A program made the position numbers and the translations under genes. Of a stretch of 64,000 bases of DNA, positions 63,634 through 64,000 are shown in pieces (the stretch's first letter is position 1; each line of letters starts with the position of its first letter). The DNA lies in contig NIVC01003517.1 of the NCBI GenBank assembly GCA_002269645.1, positions 1 through 64,000 on the forward strand. The letters are read 5' to 3'. The notes under the pieces were generated by a model, which ran no database searches, had not been told where the DNA came from, and saw only the letters and a program-made list of their open reading frames with translations. The DNA is from Macrostomum lignano. Lineage: Eukaryota.

Positions 63634-64000
63634 TGTTGGAGCTCAGGTCAGCGTTAGGAAGGCGAGGAAAGCAACCGTTTGGCAATGAGTGCTGAAGTAA
63701 TATATATTTGGTGCAGCTCTGGCTTATCATGCCAGTTTGTCTTACTATCGAGCTCTTGGGTTTTCAATTAGGGTCGCAGCCCTTCTATGCACTTCGGCTT
63801 TACTGCCGAAGGCTTTACACAGTCCGAGCCATAGACAAAAAAGGAAGTGTTAATGCCCAAAAGCTTAAGCCACAACAGTCGAAAAATGTAAATAAAAACT
63901 AGACTCATACTTCAATGGTCAAAATCTTTCGTCAAAAATGACGAATTAGAATAGCCGCATTACCTAACGCTTTCGCTGGATTTATTTTATGATCCGCAAA

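Larger units (their letters stand above)
58394..63877 (-). mobile_element. Ty3/Gypsy LTR retrotransposon, internally deleted and non-autonomous
   Basis: 244-bp LTRs at 58394-58637 and 63634-63877 (TGTTG...CAACA, 1 mismatch); 5-bp TSD GTCGA; PBS TGGCGACGAG (tRNA-Ser type); purine tract next to the 3' LTR; gag, RT C-terminus, RNase H (TDASPQGIGAVL), integrase HHCC and core. Confidence 0.97.

Overview
Eukaryotic genomic DNA with GT-AG introns, from an animal and probably an invertebrate. The minisatellite-filled introns, RTE fragments and CORE-type SINEs would fit a macrostomid flatworm, but that assignment is inference. Hand-spliced gene models with matching intron phases give six host genes. 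(1) A 7-exon + strand gene, ankyrin-pseudokinase-ankyrin-pseudokinase-apolipoprotein L-like (2058-10840). (2) A convergent 2-exon gene with a catalytically degenerate RTE-type endonuclease domain and an unrecognised C-terminal domain (18889-20658). (3) A channel with about 14 ankyrin repeats and a TRPM-type pore module (23012-30683). (4) A divergent Cdc42-like Rho GTPase (33249-35028). (5) An atypical G-alpha with degenerate GTPase motifs and a large insertion (39299-43745). (6) A sacsin-like HEPN gene broken by two compensating frameshifts (45760-54639). Structural features: a 4.5-4.7 kb tandem duplication spanning the convergent 3' ends of genes 1 and 2; an inverted HEPN-only copy; about a dozen minisatellite arrays; two SINE families; and a young, internally deleted Gypsy element whose integrase is split by a piggyBac-derived element carrying 547-bp internal inverted arms. 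The best candidate for an undescribed system is gene 1, which resembles RNase L and MLKL in layout but ends in an ApoL-type membrane domain. All gene models come from sequence reading alone and need RNA evidence.
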